A program made the position numbers and the translations under genes. From a virus (Duplodnaviria; Caudoviricetes): a DNA stretch of 33,682 nt. The notes below the pieces were generated by a model. That model was not told the origin of the DNA and did not search any database. It saw only the letters and a list, made by a program, of their open reading frames with translations. Every line of letters starts with the position of its first letter. Within the stretch, counting starts at the first letter, position 1. The stretch lies in the IMG/VR virus record IMGVR_UViG_3300032332_001133, positions 1-33,682 of that record. One strand, given 5' to 3'. Positions 24,990-33,682 of the stretch are shown here, piece after piece.

Positions 24990-26134
24990 TATTCATACCT
25001 CTTAGTAGCAGGATTCCAGGTGTAAGTATGCCCGTTTTGAATCACAGTCTGTGGGGGCTGGTCGGCTGCTACAGCTTCTTTCATTTGTCCAGGAAGAGTC
25101 ATCTTCTCTTGTCTATTCGCTGGAATTACTCCCGAGAAGTTAGCTGGAGCACTTTTAAACTTGGAAACATTATATCCGCTCTTTCCGAGAGTCTCAATTT
25201 GAGCGTCTTTCTCATCGGCCAGAAGCTGTCTGACGATCGCGATCTTTCCTTTGGCTACATCAGGGGTATCTGTAATGTTAGGAAGCATCTGACGGTAACG
25301 GTCAATATCAGCATCAGTAAGCTTACCGCGCTCAAGTGAAACGCCGATCTTTTGAGCAGCAAGTTTCATTTGCGCATCAAAAGCCTTGGTTTCTGTAGCG
25401 TACGGGCTAAGCGATGCAAGCCGTCCAGAGACAGGCCCCATAGTAGGCGATGATTCATCAATAATCTTTTCAATCTTGGAGAGTTGCTGTTCAGACGTAT
25501 CAATCCCAGAGAGCAGTGCAGTCTGCTCAGCGGTCAGCTTTGATCCAGCCGCCACTTCAGCACCTTTCTTACCCGCTTCACGCTCTTTAGCCGCTACTTC
25601 ACGGCCCCGAAGTAGAAGCTCTTGCTCTTTTCTGCGCTCTTCTGCAGCGCCTTTGACCTTCTCTTGAATAAGTTTCAGCTTCTCAAGATCAGACTTTGCA
25701 AGCTTCTCTTCCTTTTCCTCTTGGCGCTTCTTCAGCTCATCAAGCTGCTTCAGTCCTGCAGTGGCCGCTTCTCCACCAGCCACACCGCCAGCAGCAGCGC
25801 CCATCCCAGTGCTAGCGCCGATAGCAGCCCCTAACATCTGAGGAACGAATCCAATTAAGAGCCTAGCTACTAGCTCTTTATTCGACATGCTCTCTTTAGA
25901 GGTAGACTGAAGCTCCTCTTGAACCAGTGCAGCTTTCTCAGGAGCCGATGCCTGCTGATATTCTGGCTTCTGGTTAAGCTTAGTCTCAAATTTTGAAACA
26001 ATCTTTTCGGCTCCAGAAAAGGTCTTATCATCCGGCGCTTTGCCAGCTTCAGCATCAGCCAGGATCGTCTGCCCCTTTTCCAGAGCCTTTCCCTTGATTC
26101 CAGCGCTTTGAAGTGCGGATAGAACGTCAACCAT
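24989..26134 (-). CDS. Internal virion / ejection protein (about 381 aa; ORF-track start 26155)
   Basis: Coiled coil plus a Gly/Ala hydrophobic segment. A GGGGG RBS precedes ATG 26134. Confidence 0.7.
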   Translation of the reverse strand: MVDVLSALQSAGIKGKALEKGQTILADAEAGKAPDDKTFSGAEKIVSKFETKLNQKPEYQQASAPEKAALVQEELQSTSKESMSNKELVARLLIGFVPQMLGAAIGASTGMGAAAGGVAGGEAATAGLKQLDELKKRQEEKEEKLAKSDLEKLKLIQEKVKGAAEERRKEQELLLRGREVAAKEREAGKKGAEVAAGSKLTAEQTALLSGIDTSEQQLSKIEKIIDESSPTMGPVSGRLASLSPYATETKAFDAQMKLAAQKIGVSLERGKLTDADIDRYRQMLPNITDTPDVAKGKIAIVRQLLADEKDAQIETLGKSGYNVSKFKSAPANFSGVIPANRQEKMTLPGQMKEAVAADQPPQTVIQNGHTYTWNPATKRYE

Positions 26135-27182
26135 TTGCAAGCCCCCGTTTTGCAATAGATCGCCCGATCATTCTGCAAAGTGGCATTCCTGCTTTCATGA
26201 TAACCCATCCGATCAGGTTAGGTCTTTTAGCCACACCCATCTGATAAGCCATTTGCTTAGACCAAGGAGTAGCGATCAAATAAGCGACAAAGGTCCAGAA
26301 CCGAGAGCGCTGCATCAGCTCAACCGCTCCGGTAGCCCATGCGTGATAACCGATCATCACTTCAGGGTCTGCTTTCATCAGTTCAACACCGAAAGCTTGG
26401 TCAGCTTCAAATACTTCCGTATCCATCAGGCCTTGAGCATGAAGCTCAGTGCAGATGATTTTTCCTTTGCTGGATGCTTTTTCCATGCTTGTCCCGTAGC
26501 TCTCAGTGGCCTCTTTCTGCATTCCAGCGGCTTCAAGAGCTGCAATCTGTTGTTCGGCTGCGAGCTGAGCTGCAAGGCCTTGGAATTGACGGGCCTGTTC
26601 AGCGCTGAGCGCTCCAGAGACTCCCTGCTCATAAGCCCCGAGAGCCTTCTCCTGTTGAGCGGCCTGCTGAAGCATAAGCTGAGTATCTGCTGCAGCTTTC
26701 TCTCTAGCTGCCATCTGTCCTGCCTGAGCTTGAAGGGATGCAGCAGCCCCCCCACGGACTCCCTGTCTAGCCAAAGCAGCCTGAAGCGCCCTGTTGCGCT
26801 GTTGTTCAGCGGCTTGCTGACCGCCCGCCATCTGAGCCTGCATTGCAGCCAGTTGAGGCGCATTGAAGCCAGCTAGCCCCGCTTTACGCTGAGCCAAGAT
26901 ATCTTGCATTTCTTTAGGACCAGTTCCGGCAACAGACTCAATCTGCTGAGGAGTCATTCCAGCAAAGCGTTTTCTGATCTCCTCAGACTTTTGAGCTAAT
27001 TCAGCATCGCTAGCAGATTTTGCTGCAGCGGCGTCTTGAGCTTCTTTGTCAGCTTTAACCTGTCTTTTCTGCTGAACCGAGTATTGTCCCCACTCAGTGT
27101 TGTTAACAATTCCATCCCCGTTTAAATCAGCAGGATTCTGTTGCCTGTTTTTCTTTCTTACGTTTTCAGGGGCAAAAGACAT
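26127..27182 (-). CDS. Internal virion / ejection protein, Gln/Ala-rich, with a C-terminal KIICT membrane domain (351 aa)
   Basis: GAGG RBS. Q/A-rich helices followed by a distinct ~110-aa C-terminal domain. Confidence 0.7.
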   Translation of the reverse strand: MSFAPENVRKKNRQQNPADLNGDGIVNNTEWGQYSVQQKRQVKADKEAQDAAAAKSASDAELAQKSEEIRKRFAGMTPQQIESVAGTGPKEMQDILAQRKAGLAGFNAPQLAAMQAQMAGGQQAAEQQRNRALQAALARQGVRGGAAASLQAQAGQMAAREKAAADTQLMLQQAAQQEKALGAYEQGVSGALSAEQARQFQGLAAQLAAEQQIAALEAAGMQKEATESYGTSMEKASSKGKIICTELHAQGLMDTEVFEADQAFGVELMKADPEVMIGYHAWATGAVELMQRSRFWTFVAYLIATPWSKQMAYQMGVAKRPNLIGWVIMKAGMPLCRMIGRSIAKRGLANG

Positions 27183-27185
27183 AAA

Positions 27186-27533
27186 TCACCTCATCAAAAT
27201 AATCGTCGCGGTTACCGTGCTTAGACCCGAGTTCCTGAAGTAAACAGCAGTGCTAGTCCAAGGGGTTGCGCTGTCATCTATTGTGTATCCATCAGCTTTA
27301 ACGATCAATCGCTTAGATGGAATAACGCCTAGGTTGTGACTATATCCAGTAGTCACTCCAGGCGGCAAAACAACCTCTAAAACCTGCACGTTGAAGTTAT
27401 CTTCAAACGTCAGATTACTCAGGCCCGCCTGAAGCTCTTTTAACGATAAAGAAAGTCCATTCAGAAGGTAATGGATTACATCTTCAACCGTTTTACCGAT
27501 CTTAAATGTCCTGAATCCGCTAAACTTAGCCAT
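27186..27533 (-). CDS. Small tail-associated structural protein (115 aa)
   Basis: TAATG-coupled to the nozzle gene; HNLGVIP beta-sandwich-like motif. Confidence 0.65.
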   Translation of the reverse strand: MAKFSGFRTFKIGKTVEDVIHYLLNGLSLSLKELQAGLSNLTFEDNFNVQVLEVVLPPGVTTGYSHNLGVIPSKRLIVKADGYTIDDSATPWTSTAVYFRNSGLSTVTATIILMR

Positions 27534-30091
27534 TAGCGTTTAAGACCCGGCTTGTAAGGAAACGCCACTTCCAGCTCATAGCCAGTGATGGCGATATTCT
27601 TCTGGTCCTCTGCATTCCTAAGAATGACACGTAGCGAGATACAGCGACCATTTGAAAGCTTATGCTTTAAGCCAGAGGTAGAAGGGTCACCGTAGATGCT
27701 TCCATATTCACTCTGTCCATAGCCTCCAGACCCAAACTGGATCGAGCAAACAGAAACAGGCGCATCAGCCGTGAAGTCCTTTTCGGTCTCAATACCCAAT
27801 AAAAACTCATTATCCAGAGACTCAGAGCTGAAAACCTTAATCCGCTGAAAGTTCTTTAGGATGCCAGTTTCGCCCATGAACTCCCACGGGGACTTGTAGA
27901 AGCATTCAATAGGCTTATCATGATCTTGATAGTCCAAGTAGGTGCCAGAGTTCTGGAAGCGATACAGATAAGCCTGAACGTCAACTCCAGAGCCTGACTG
28001 GTCTGCATCCCGCCGCTCGATAAACAGAATCTCCTGATCTTCCTCAGAAAGCGTGATCCCGCCAGTAGCGTCAATCTTTGACCACTTAACCCAAGCGTCC
28101 CGAGTGTAGTCGTAGACAATCGTAACGCTGTTCTCATTTGAGAAACGCTGGCCAGAGACCTCAGATTCAGCGGGAATGAAAACAATGTATTTTTCCCGCT
28201 TACGGTCATTTAAGCCGATAGCCCTTTTAGGTCTTAGGGTCTGGTCATCAGATAGTCCGAAAGTGTTAAAGAGCGGGTCAATACGGCTGTTAAGCTCCGA
28301 GTCTTTTGCTTCTCCAAGGCCACGCGGAATAGTTCCGCCAGTCATAACCCGTGGACCGTTCAAAGACAGGAAACAGATAGTCCCCCGAACGTCTTGAATA
28401 GTGGCATGAGCAGCACACCCAATGTCCTGAGTAATGACGTCCACTCGGAAGGACTGGTTCGGAATATCGCCCGTAACCGCATGGATGGCTCTAGTTTGGA
28501 AAACCAGAAACAAGTCATTTGAAGGATGAAGTCCGCTGATAATGTCCCCTTGCAGGTTAGTCACCGTGAACTGGTTTCTGACCAATGGGAAATACTCAGG
28601 GTTTTCTACATCTGAAAAGCTTACTTGATTAGGATTACTAATGCTTCCAGCCGTAACCATAAGGTTCTGATAGGCTGAAATATACTTACCGCTCACGGGG
28701 GGGCTTCTATCGGTAGCAGGCTCCAAGAACTGAAGGAACAGACCGCTGTCTGGAGTGTTATCCGTATAGGTCTGAGTGGCTGAAAACGAGTTGTTAGGTA
28801 TCTCTACAATATCTAACCAAAGCGTCGGGCTTACGGTCGTATTCTTGTTTCTTAGAATCTTGATTCTAAGGTTGTTTGAGATAACCCGATTATCTGCAAC
28901 AGTAACAGCAGCGCCATCAATCGTGATGCTAGTGGCCGTTACTCCAGTGACCAAACGCTCTACATAAGAGGCTGAAACAGAGTCATAAAAGTAGGCAGTA
29001 TCTCCTGCCTTCATCGTGTGGCTTCCACCAGAGCCGTTATCTACCGTAATGGTAGTAACTAAAGTCTGAGCGCCAGCAACGATCGCGCAGTTCGTGTTAA
29101 ACCCGCTTCCGGATTGGATATTTGAGACAGTGACCGTAGCAGCGCTGCTGCCTGGATCAAGATAGGCGTATTCTGGAGAGTCAAACGTATTGCCTTCAGT
29201 GAAGTTACCGTTAGCATCTACTTGGATAAACTGAGAGCGCCAAACATAGACTTCTGTGGTTCCAGCTCCGCCAGTTACAGAAGTAGTAAAAGCACCAGTT
29301 GAGCCATCGCTAGCAGGAGGAAGGCCAGCGCGGTAAAGGTTCTGTCCATCATATTTAAGAACCGGATCATAACCGTTAGAGAAGTAGATGCAGTTTTGAA
29401 GCTGAACCGCTGTCACGTTCTCAAAGTTCATCTCATTCTTATTAGTTTCAGAACCGTCCAGCGGTCCTGTTTTACCAGTCTGAGAGCTAGTATTGAGAGA
29501 AGTCCAGTAAGCGGCGTTAGTCGTAACAGTCTGGTTAATGAGACTGGTCAGTGGAACCGCCTTCAAGAAGGCTGCTGGAGTGCTAGACGATCCAGTAACT
29601 GTAGCTGAGAAGTTACCCCCGGCAATACTGTCGATAGCAGTCTCCAATGCACCGACCGTAACCGGGGATGCCTCATCACGCCCTAAACCTAAGCTAAGGT
29701 TCAAGACAATGGATGTCCCTTCTTCTATTTTGCAGCGGTATTCACCCGTTGCAACATCGAAGAAAATTTCGATCTGAGCAACAGGATCAGCTCCAGAGTA
29801 AGTAACCGTAATGACTGATTCTACTAGCTTCTGGATGGTGTTAGAGGCCCCAAGAACCTCCTGCTGCTCTACTCCGCTTGAGTCAACACGGTTATAAGTG
29901 AAGATGCCGAACTTAGCTCCAGGCTCTGCATGAGGCTGAAAGCCAGTACGCTTCTCGATCGTACCCGTAGGAGTGAACTGGATATTATCTACATCAGTTG
30001 CCCGCTGCTCTGGAAACTCTAGGTCATTCGACCGAAGATCGAAGCCGAAGAAGTTCTGATAGCGCTTTGCGAACTGATACTGGACACCCAT
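27533..30091 (-). CDS. Tail nozzle / tubular protein B-like (P22 gp10-like, 852 aa)
   Basis: Beta-propeller-like composition, FFGFDLR...NIQF...GTIEKRTG N-terminus and DIGC motif. Follows the adaptor-like gene. Confidence 0.75.
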   Translation of the reverse strand: MGVQYQFAKRYQNFFGFDLRSNDLEFPEQRATDVDNIQFTPTGTIEKRTGFQPHAEPGAKFGIFTYNRVDSSGVEQQEVLGASNTIQKLVESVITVTYSGADPVAQIEIFFDVATGEYRCKIEEGTSIVLNLSLGLGRDEASPVTVGALETAIDSIAGGNFSATVTGSSSTPAAFLKAVPLTSLINQTVTTNAAYWTSLNTSSQTGKTGPLDGSETNKNEMNFENVTAVQLQNCIYFSNGYDPVLKYDGQNLYRAGLPPASDGSTGAFTTSVTGGAGTTEVYVWRSQFIQVDANGNFTEGNTFDSPEYAYLDPGSSAATVTVSNIQSGSGFNTNCAIVAGAQTLVTTITVDNGSGGSHTMKAGDTAYFYDSVSASYVERLVTGVTATSITIDGAAVTVADNRVISNNLRIKILRNKNTTVSPTLWLDIVEIPNNSFSATQTYTDNTPDSGLFLQFLEPATDRSPPVSGKYISAYQNLMVTAGSISNPNQVSFSDVENPEYFPLVRNQFTVTNLQGDIISGLHPSNDLFLVFQTRAIHAVTGDIPNQSFRVDVITQDIGCAAHATIQDVRGTICFLSLNGPRVMTGGTIPRGLGEAKDSELNSRIDPLFNTFGLSDDQTLRPKRAIGLNDRKREKYIVFIPAESEVSGQRFSNENSVTIVYDYTRDAWVKWSKIDATGGITLSEEDQEILFIERRDADQSGSGVDVQAYLYRFQNSGTYLDYQDHDKPIECFYKSPWEFMGETGILKNFQRIKVFSSESLDNEFLLGIETEKDFTADAPVSVCSIQFGSGGYGQSEYGSIYGDPSTSGLKHKLSNGRCISLRVILRNAEDQKNIAITGYELEVAFPYKPGLKR

Positions 30092-31032
30092 TAGAAGCTA
30101 TCCCATCCAAGATATTGACCGTCCAAGACTGGAACGTAGTCAGGGTCGTTGTCAGGTTCAGCAAAGGCTGTCTGAAGTGTAGTTTGAACCTTGAGCAATA
30201 CCTGACCAAGAGCATCGGCATCGGTCGAGGAGTCTCGCATCAAGATTCTAGTATTAGTGTACTCAAGGAGATATTTTTCGCAAAGGTCAGGAAGCTCAGA
30301 AAAGTTAGAAGAAAACGTGCCTCTGCAGACCGCATCTCCTGCCTCAATCGTTTCCCCGTCCTGATAAACGAAGCCAGCGTCAACCGTTACAGTACCAGTA
30401 GAACTAATGGCGCTAATCGGGATGCCCTGCATCTTTATCTGACCGTTCTTATCAAGAACAGTAATGAAGTTCTCTTCCAAAAGAGCTGCAGTATCCATCA
30501 AAACAACGTCATCTAAGACCAGGCTTGTAATCGTCTTGGCTCCGGTATCCAAAACCACTGACTCTACAGTAGCCCGTTGAATATCGAGTTTAGGGATGGA
30601 TCGCTGATAGGTAAGTCTGATCTTGCTTCCAGAGCTTTGAGGCTTAGGCTGGAGCAGAATCTGAGTGCCGTTCCGGATATAAAAGCTAGGATCGGTCTGG
30701 ATACCAGACAGACGCTCCTTCAACGACCCCTTTTTAAGAGGGTAATAGTTTTGAGGAGCGCCACTCTGAGTAAACTCGATAGCGTCAATCCGAGTTCCCA
30801 TGAAGACGTCAGAAGGAATTGAATAGGCCTCCTGACCAGCGGTTAAGCTCATTTCCTTGATCTTCATCAGGATATGAGGAAACGCACTGTTCAGGATTGT
30901 ATGAATTTCTTCCTGACCATCGTTAAAATACTGGATAAACTCTTCATCTTGGATACCAGCCGTCTCAGTGTATTCTTGGTTCTCTGTAGCGCGACGGCTC
31001 GCCAGAATCAGAGTTTCCAGCTTTCTAGCCAT
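30091..31032 (-). CDS. Head-tail adaptor / tubular protein A-like (313 aa)
   Basis: EFIQYFNDGQEEI...GQEAYSIPSD...LLQPKP pattern; directly upstream of the nozzle gene. Confidence 0.7.
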   Translation of the reverse strand: MARKLETLILASRRATENQEYTETAGIQDEEFIQYFNDGQEEIHTILNSAFPHILMKIKEMSLTAGQEAYSIPSDVFMGTRIDAIEFTQSGAPQNYYPLKKGSLKERLSGIQTDPSFYIRNGTQILLQPKPQSSGSKIRLTYQRSIPKLDIQRATVESVVLDTGAKTITSLVLDDVVLMDTAALLEENFITVLDKNGQIKMQGIPISAISSTGTVTVDAGFVYQDGETIEAGDAVCRGTFSSNFSELPDLCEKYLLEYTNTRILMRDSSTDADALGQVLLKVQTTLQTAFAEPDNDPDYVPVLDGQYLGWDSF

Positions 31033-31035
31033 GAG

Positions 31036-31293
31036 TTACCCCTTCATCTTATTCTTCATGCGAGCGACAATGATAGCCACCTTGCTTTTATCAATTGGCT
31101 TAGGAGCTTCTTCGTCATCTCCCATCGGCTCTTCATATTCGCCGCCTTCTTCTTCTCCGGCCTTCTCGCCTTCCATTTGATCTTCAAACTCAGCAAGTGA
31201 CATGCCCAAAGCTCCGAGCGCTTCCATAAGCATCTCGTAATGCTGCTTAGCCGCTTCCATTTTTCCTTTTCCGTGCATTTCCATAGGCTCCAT
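31036..31293 (-). CDS. Acidic Met/Glu-rich hypothetical protein (85 aa)
   Basis: AGGAG RBS; intact ORF within the operon. Confidence 0.7.
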   Translation of the reverse strand: MEPMEMHGKGKMEAAKQHYEMLMEALGALGMSLAEFEDQMEGEKAGEEEGGEYEEPMGDDEEAPKPIDKSKVAIIVARMKNKMKG

Positions 31294-31302
31294 ATAGTCT
31301 CC

Positions 31303-31689
31303 TTATTTTAATGAGGCTCGATAGCTTGCAATGAGGCCGCTCAAGGGTCCCGTCATCCCTGCAGATTGCTCTGCATAAGCTTTGTTAAGTCCGGTAGCGG
31401 TCACTCCAGCCTTTTGGCTTGCAAGGTCACGCTTAGACTTTTCAGTGGTAGCCTGAGCCTTCAAAAGACCCGTAGCAAGGGTTGAGGCTGCTCCAATCCC
31501 TGCAGCTCCAAGCTCACCCATAGAGGCGTCGCCTGAAGCGCCAAGAGAAGGGCCAGCGCCTTCAGAGAACTGAGAGCCAAGCTCAGGCAGCTTCAAGTCT
31601 GCGCTAACTGGAGCCACTCCACCAAAGCGCATTTGGTCTTCAGCCGAAAGGCCCTGCATATAGTCTTTAAAGTTAAGCGCCATAATCAT
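31303..31689 (-). CDS. Small putative internal virion protein (128 aa)
   Basis: Gly/Ala-rich; ATGA-coupled. Confidence 0.65.
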   Translation of the reverse strand: MIMALNFKDYMQGLSAEDQMRFGGVAPVSADLKLPELGSQFSEGAGPSLGASGDASMGELGAAGIGAASTLATGLLKAQATTEKSKRDLASQKAGVTATGLNKAYAEQSAGMTGPLSGLIASYRASLK

Positions 31690-31907
31690 TTCACCATCGT
31701 CGAACGGTAAGCGTTAATTAGGTCTTGAAGTGAATTCTGCTTAGCTTGCTGAACTTGAGACACGCGGCCTTGAGTCATCTCATAAACGCCTTTAGCGCCC
31801 TCAGCCGCTGTAGCCTTTTTCTCTGCAGCGCTCTGAGCGGACTGTCCGAAAAGACCTGACAGAAGCTGGCTTCCACCGAAGATTGCTGCCATCGTAATTG
31901 GATCCAT
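31686..31907 (-). CDS. Small putative internal virion protein (73 aa)
   Basis: AGGAG RBS; MDPITMAAIFGGSQLLSGLFG amphipathic N-terminus of the kind seen in ejection proteins. Confidence 0.7.
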   Translation of the reverse strand: MDPITMAAIFGGSQLLSGLFGQSAQSAAEKKATAAEGAKGVYEMTQGRVSQVQQAKQNSLQDLINAYRSTMVK

Positions 31908-31916
31908 GATTACTCC

Positions 31917-32444
31917 TTAGCTAAAGTTTAACTGCCAGTCTGAATAGAATACAGACCCGGTGTAATAAAGACTCACGCCATCAACAGCACCCAGAGACTC
32001 GGTCCAAATAGGTTCTTGAGCCTGTGGCCATTTAACAGAGGCAGGCCAAGAGAAAGTCAGCGCTGTAGCAGGGTTGATAAAAAAGAGCTTATAGTCAGCG
32101 CCAGCCTGAGCATTCAAAAGCGTTACAGTAAGCGATCCAGTAGCTCCCTGAAGGTCAATAATCTGAATGTTTCCATTATCAAGGTTAATCGAAACAGACT
32201 GATTTAGTCCGGTAACGGTAATGAGTGTGGCTTGGGTTAGAGCGATATTTGGAGCAAGCTTGGCGCTAGTAACGCTGTCTGGAGCCAGTCCAGCCGTATC
32301 AATCTGATTACCTTGTCCACCGCCAGAGTGGTCATGACTTGAAATTTTATTCCAGGCTCCAGTCAGAACCTGCTGGCCCCAGTTACGAGTCCCGGAAGTT
32401 GGGACCGTGAGCGTAAGACCTAAGTTAATGGTAGTATATCCCAC
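31917..32444 (-). CDS. Tail fibre-associated structural protein (175 aa)
   Basis: GGGAGG RBS with GTG start. HDHSGG motif and SINLDNGNIQ...TFSWPASVKWP C-terminal domain. Confidence 0.7.
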   Translation of the reverse strand: MGYTTINLGLTLTVPTSGTRNWGQQVLTGAWNKISSHDHSGGGQGNQIDTAGLAPDSVTSAKLAPNIALTQATLITVTGLNQSVSINLDNGNIQIIDLQGATGSLTVTLLNAQAGADYKLFFINPATALTFSWPASVKWPQAQEPIWTESLGAVDGVSLYYTGSVFYSDWQLNFS

Positions 32445-32459
32445 GATCCCCTCCCTTGA

Positions 32460-32795
32460 TTAACGTACCACTTTAGCGCGAGCTTCAGCGCGCAATGTTT
32501 TGATCTCAGCAGGACATGCCACCCCTGCATCCACTTCCCGAATAACAAGCCAGTCAGTCGAGGCGAGATAGGCCAAAGCCTCAGCATTGATGGCTTCCTG
32601 AGCTACTTGAGCCGTAATGTCCTCAATCTCAATGGTGTACTCAGCGGGAAGGATTACACCTGTAGGGCTTCCCTCTGCGTCGAGTTCTGCGCGTTCTGGG
32701 AGGCCAAAACACGGTTCATAATGCGTTTCGTCCGCAAAGTCTGAAGTCCATGAGTTTGTAATCACTCCGTTTTTTTTCACGCTATATTTAATCAT
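32460..32795 (-). CDS. Tail fibre assembly chaperone-like protein (111 aa)
   Basis: Directly after the fibre gene; C-terminal LASTDW.....R..AR motif of tail-assembly chaperones. Confidence 0.65.
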   Translation of the reverse strand: MIKYSVKKNGVITNSWTSDFADETHYEPCFGLPERAELDAEGSPTGVILPAEYTIEIEDITAQVAQEAINAEALAYLASTDWLVIREVDAGVACPAEIKTLRAEARAKVVR

Positions 32796-32797
32796 GC

Positions 32798-33682
32798 TTA
32801 GCTCCCGATCCGTTCCATTTCAAAGTGATTCCCATCTGCGGTTCCACTCAAATTGAAATCAGTAACGCTTGTCCCATGGCTGCAATTAATTGAAATTTGA
32901 TCGCCAGCACTTAAATTGAGAACAGTCGTCCCACCAATACTAACCGTCCAAGTTCCAACAACCTGTGAGGTAAAAGTTTGAATAATGTCCGCTGCCACCC
33001 CGTTTTTAACAACCCGAATGGAAACCGCTCTGTTTGTGGCTGCAAAAGCTACCGCTGCCGCACCTGACGTGATTGTAGCTGAAATTCTCCACTTTCCAGA
33101 AATAGGGACAGTGGCAATTCCAGTGCTCGTTGAATAGATTCCGTGTGTATCGTAATCTTTTACGGAAAAAATTGCCGGGGTAGTTGCCGTAGTAGTGACT
33201 GAGGTTGTGCTCGTTGTTGCTTTAACCGCAACCGTCTCACTAGACGCGATAGTGGCGGGTCCTGAGAGTCTACGGATGGAGAAGATATTGTAGTCCCCAG
33301 CGCCAGCAATGATGTTTCCTCGTATACCAGTGGCGTTTTTGAATGTCCCCCGAACGCTATCTCCAGCATTCAAGTAAACAACGCCAGAGGACTCCAAAGG
33401 AAAACTTCCAGTACCATCAGCATCCCAAATTTTTGTGATTGTCCCGCCAGTATATGTGATCCGTGAATAAATATCATCACCTGCGGTGGCACCTTGAATA
33501 ATAAGACCAAGAGAAAGGTGATAGTATCCTGAAACTGGAATAGTATAAGTTCCGGTCGCGGAATTGTAGGTGCCATGCGTATCGACTACGTTTGCATCAA
33601 ATAAAATCGTTTCAAACGTATTCAACAACGTAATGTTTTGGGCAGCGGTTTTTCCCGCGTTAAACGCAACCACGCGAGTGTC
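32798..33682 (-). CDS. Tail fibre C-terminal part with two tandem C1q-like domains; continuation of 1170..1
   Basis: The frame is open to the window end (DTRVVAF...). Two copies of F....DTHG.Y...TG..T.P.SG.Y/W...L.AGD. Confidence 0.8.
   Translation of the reverse strand, partial: DTRVVAFNAGKTAAQNITLLNTFETILFDANVVDTHGTYNSATGTYTIPVSGYYHLSLGLIIQGATAGDDIYSRITYTGGTITKIWDADGTGSFPLESSGVVYLNAGDSVRGTFKNATGIRGNIIAGAGDYNIFSIRRLSGPATIASSETVAVKATTSTTSVTTTATTPAIFSVKDYDTHGIYSTSTGIATVPISGKWRISATITSGAAAVAFAATNRAVSIRVVKNGVAADIIQTFTSQVVGTWTVSIGGTTVLNLSAGDQISINCSHGTSVTDFNLSGTADGNHFEMERIGS

Noticed and set aside
1-33682. Naming a host taxon or an alternative genetic code
   Set aside because: The sequence supports only a Gram-negative host. 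Genes are intact under the standard code and all three stop codons are used.

Overview
This window is very probably an essentially complete, circularly permuted ~33.7 kb tailed-phage genome. One minus-strand tail-fibre gene runs off position 1 and resumes in frame at position 33682. The layout is podovirus-like: no tape-measure or sheath gene, but an adaptor/nozzle pair and large Ala/Gln-rich ejection proteins. A long minus-strand late unit starts at about 15515 and wraps across the window ends. It encodes TerS, TerL, portal, scaffold, major capsid, several fibre-like proteins, tail and ejection proteins, an SLT endolysin with holin and spanin candidates (implying a Gram-negative host) and a VRR-NUC nuclease. 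A short plus-strand early unit (about 15.5-20.8 kb) encodes an SSB-like protein, an RHH regulator, an HNH endonuclease, a single-strand annealing protein, zinc-finger proteins, a PAPS-reductase-family protein and a MazG-like protein. I recognise no polymerase, primase, helicase, Rep initiator or integrase. The most interesting signals are: (1) a ~600-nt, densely structured non-coding region (15789-16370) with ColE1 RNA II/RNA I-like geometry, a candidate RNA-primed replication origin; (2) a tRNA-shaped element with a 13-nt anticodon loop inside the late operon; (3) an HNH gene that appears to have inserted into the 5' end of the annealing-protein gene and supplied it with a new start. All product calls come from motifs and gene order read by eye; no database searches or folding programs were run.
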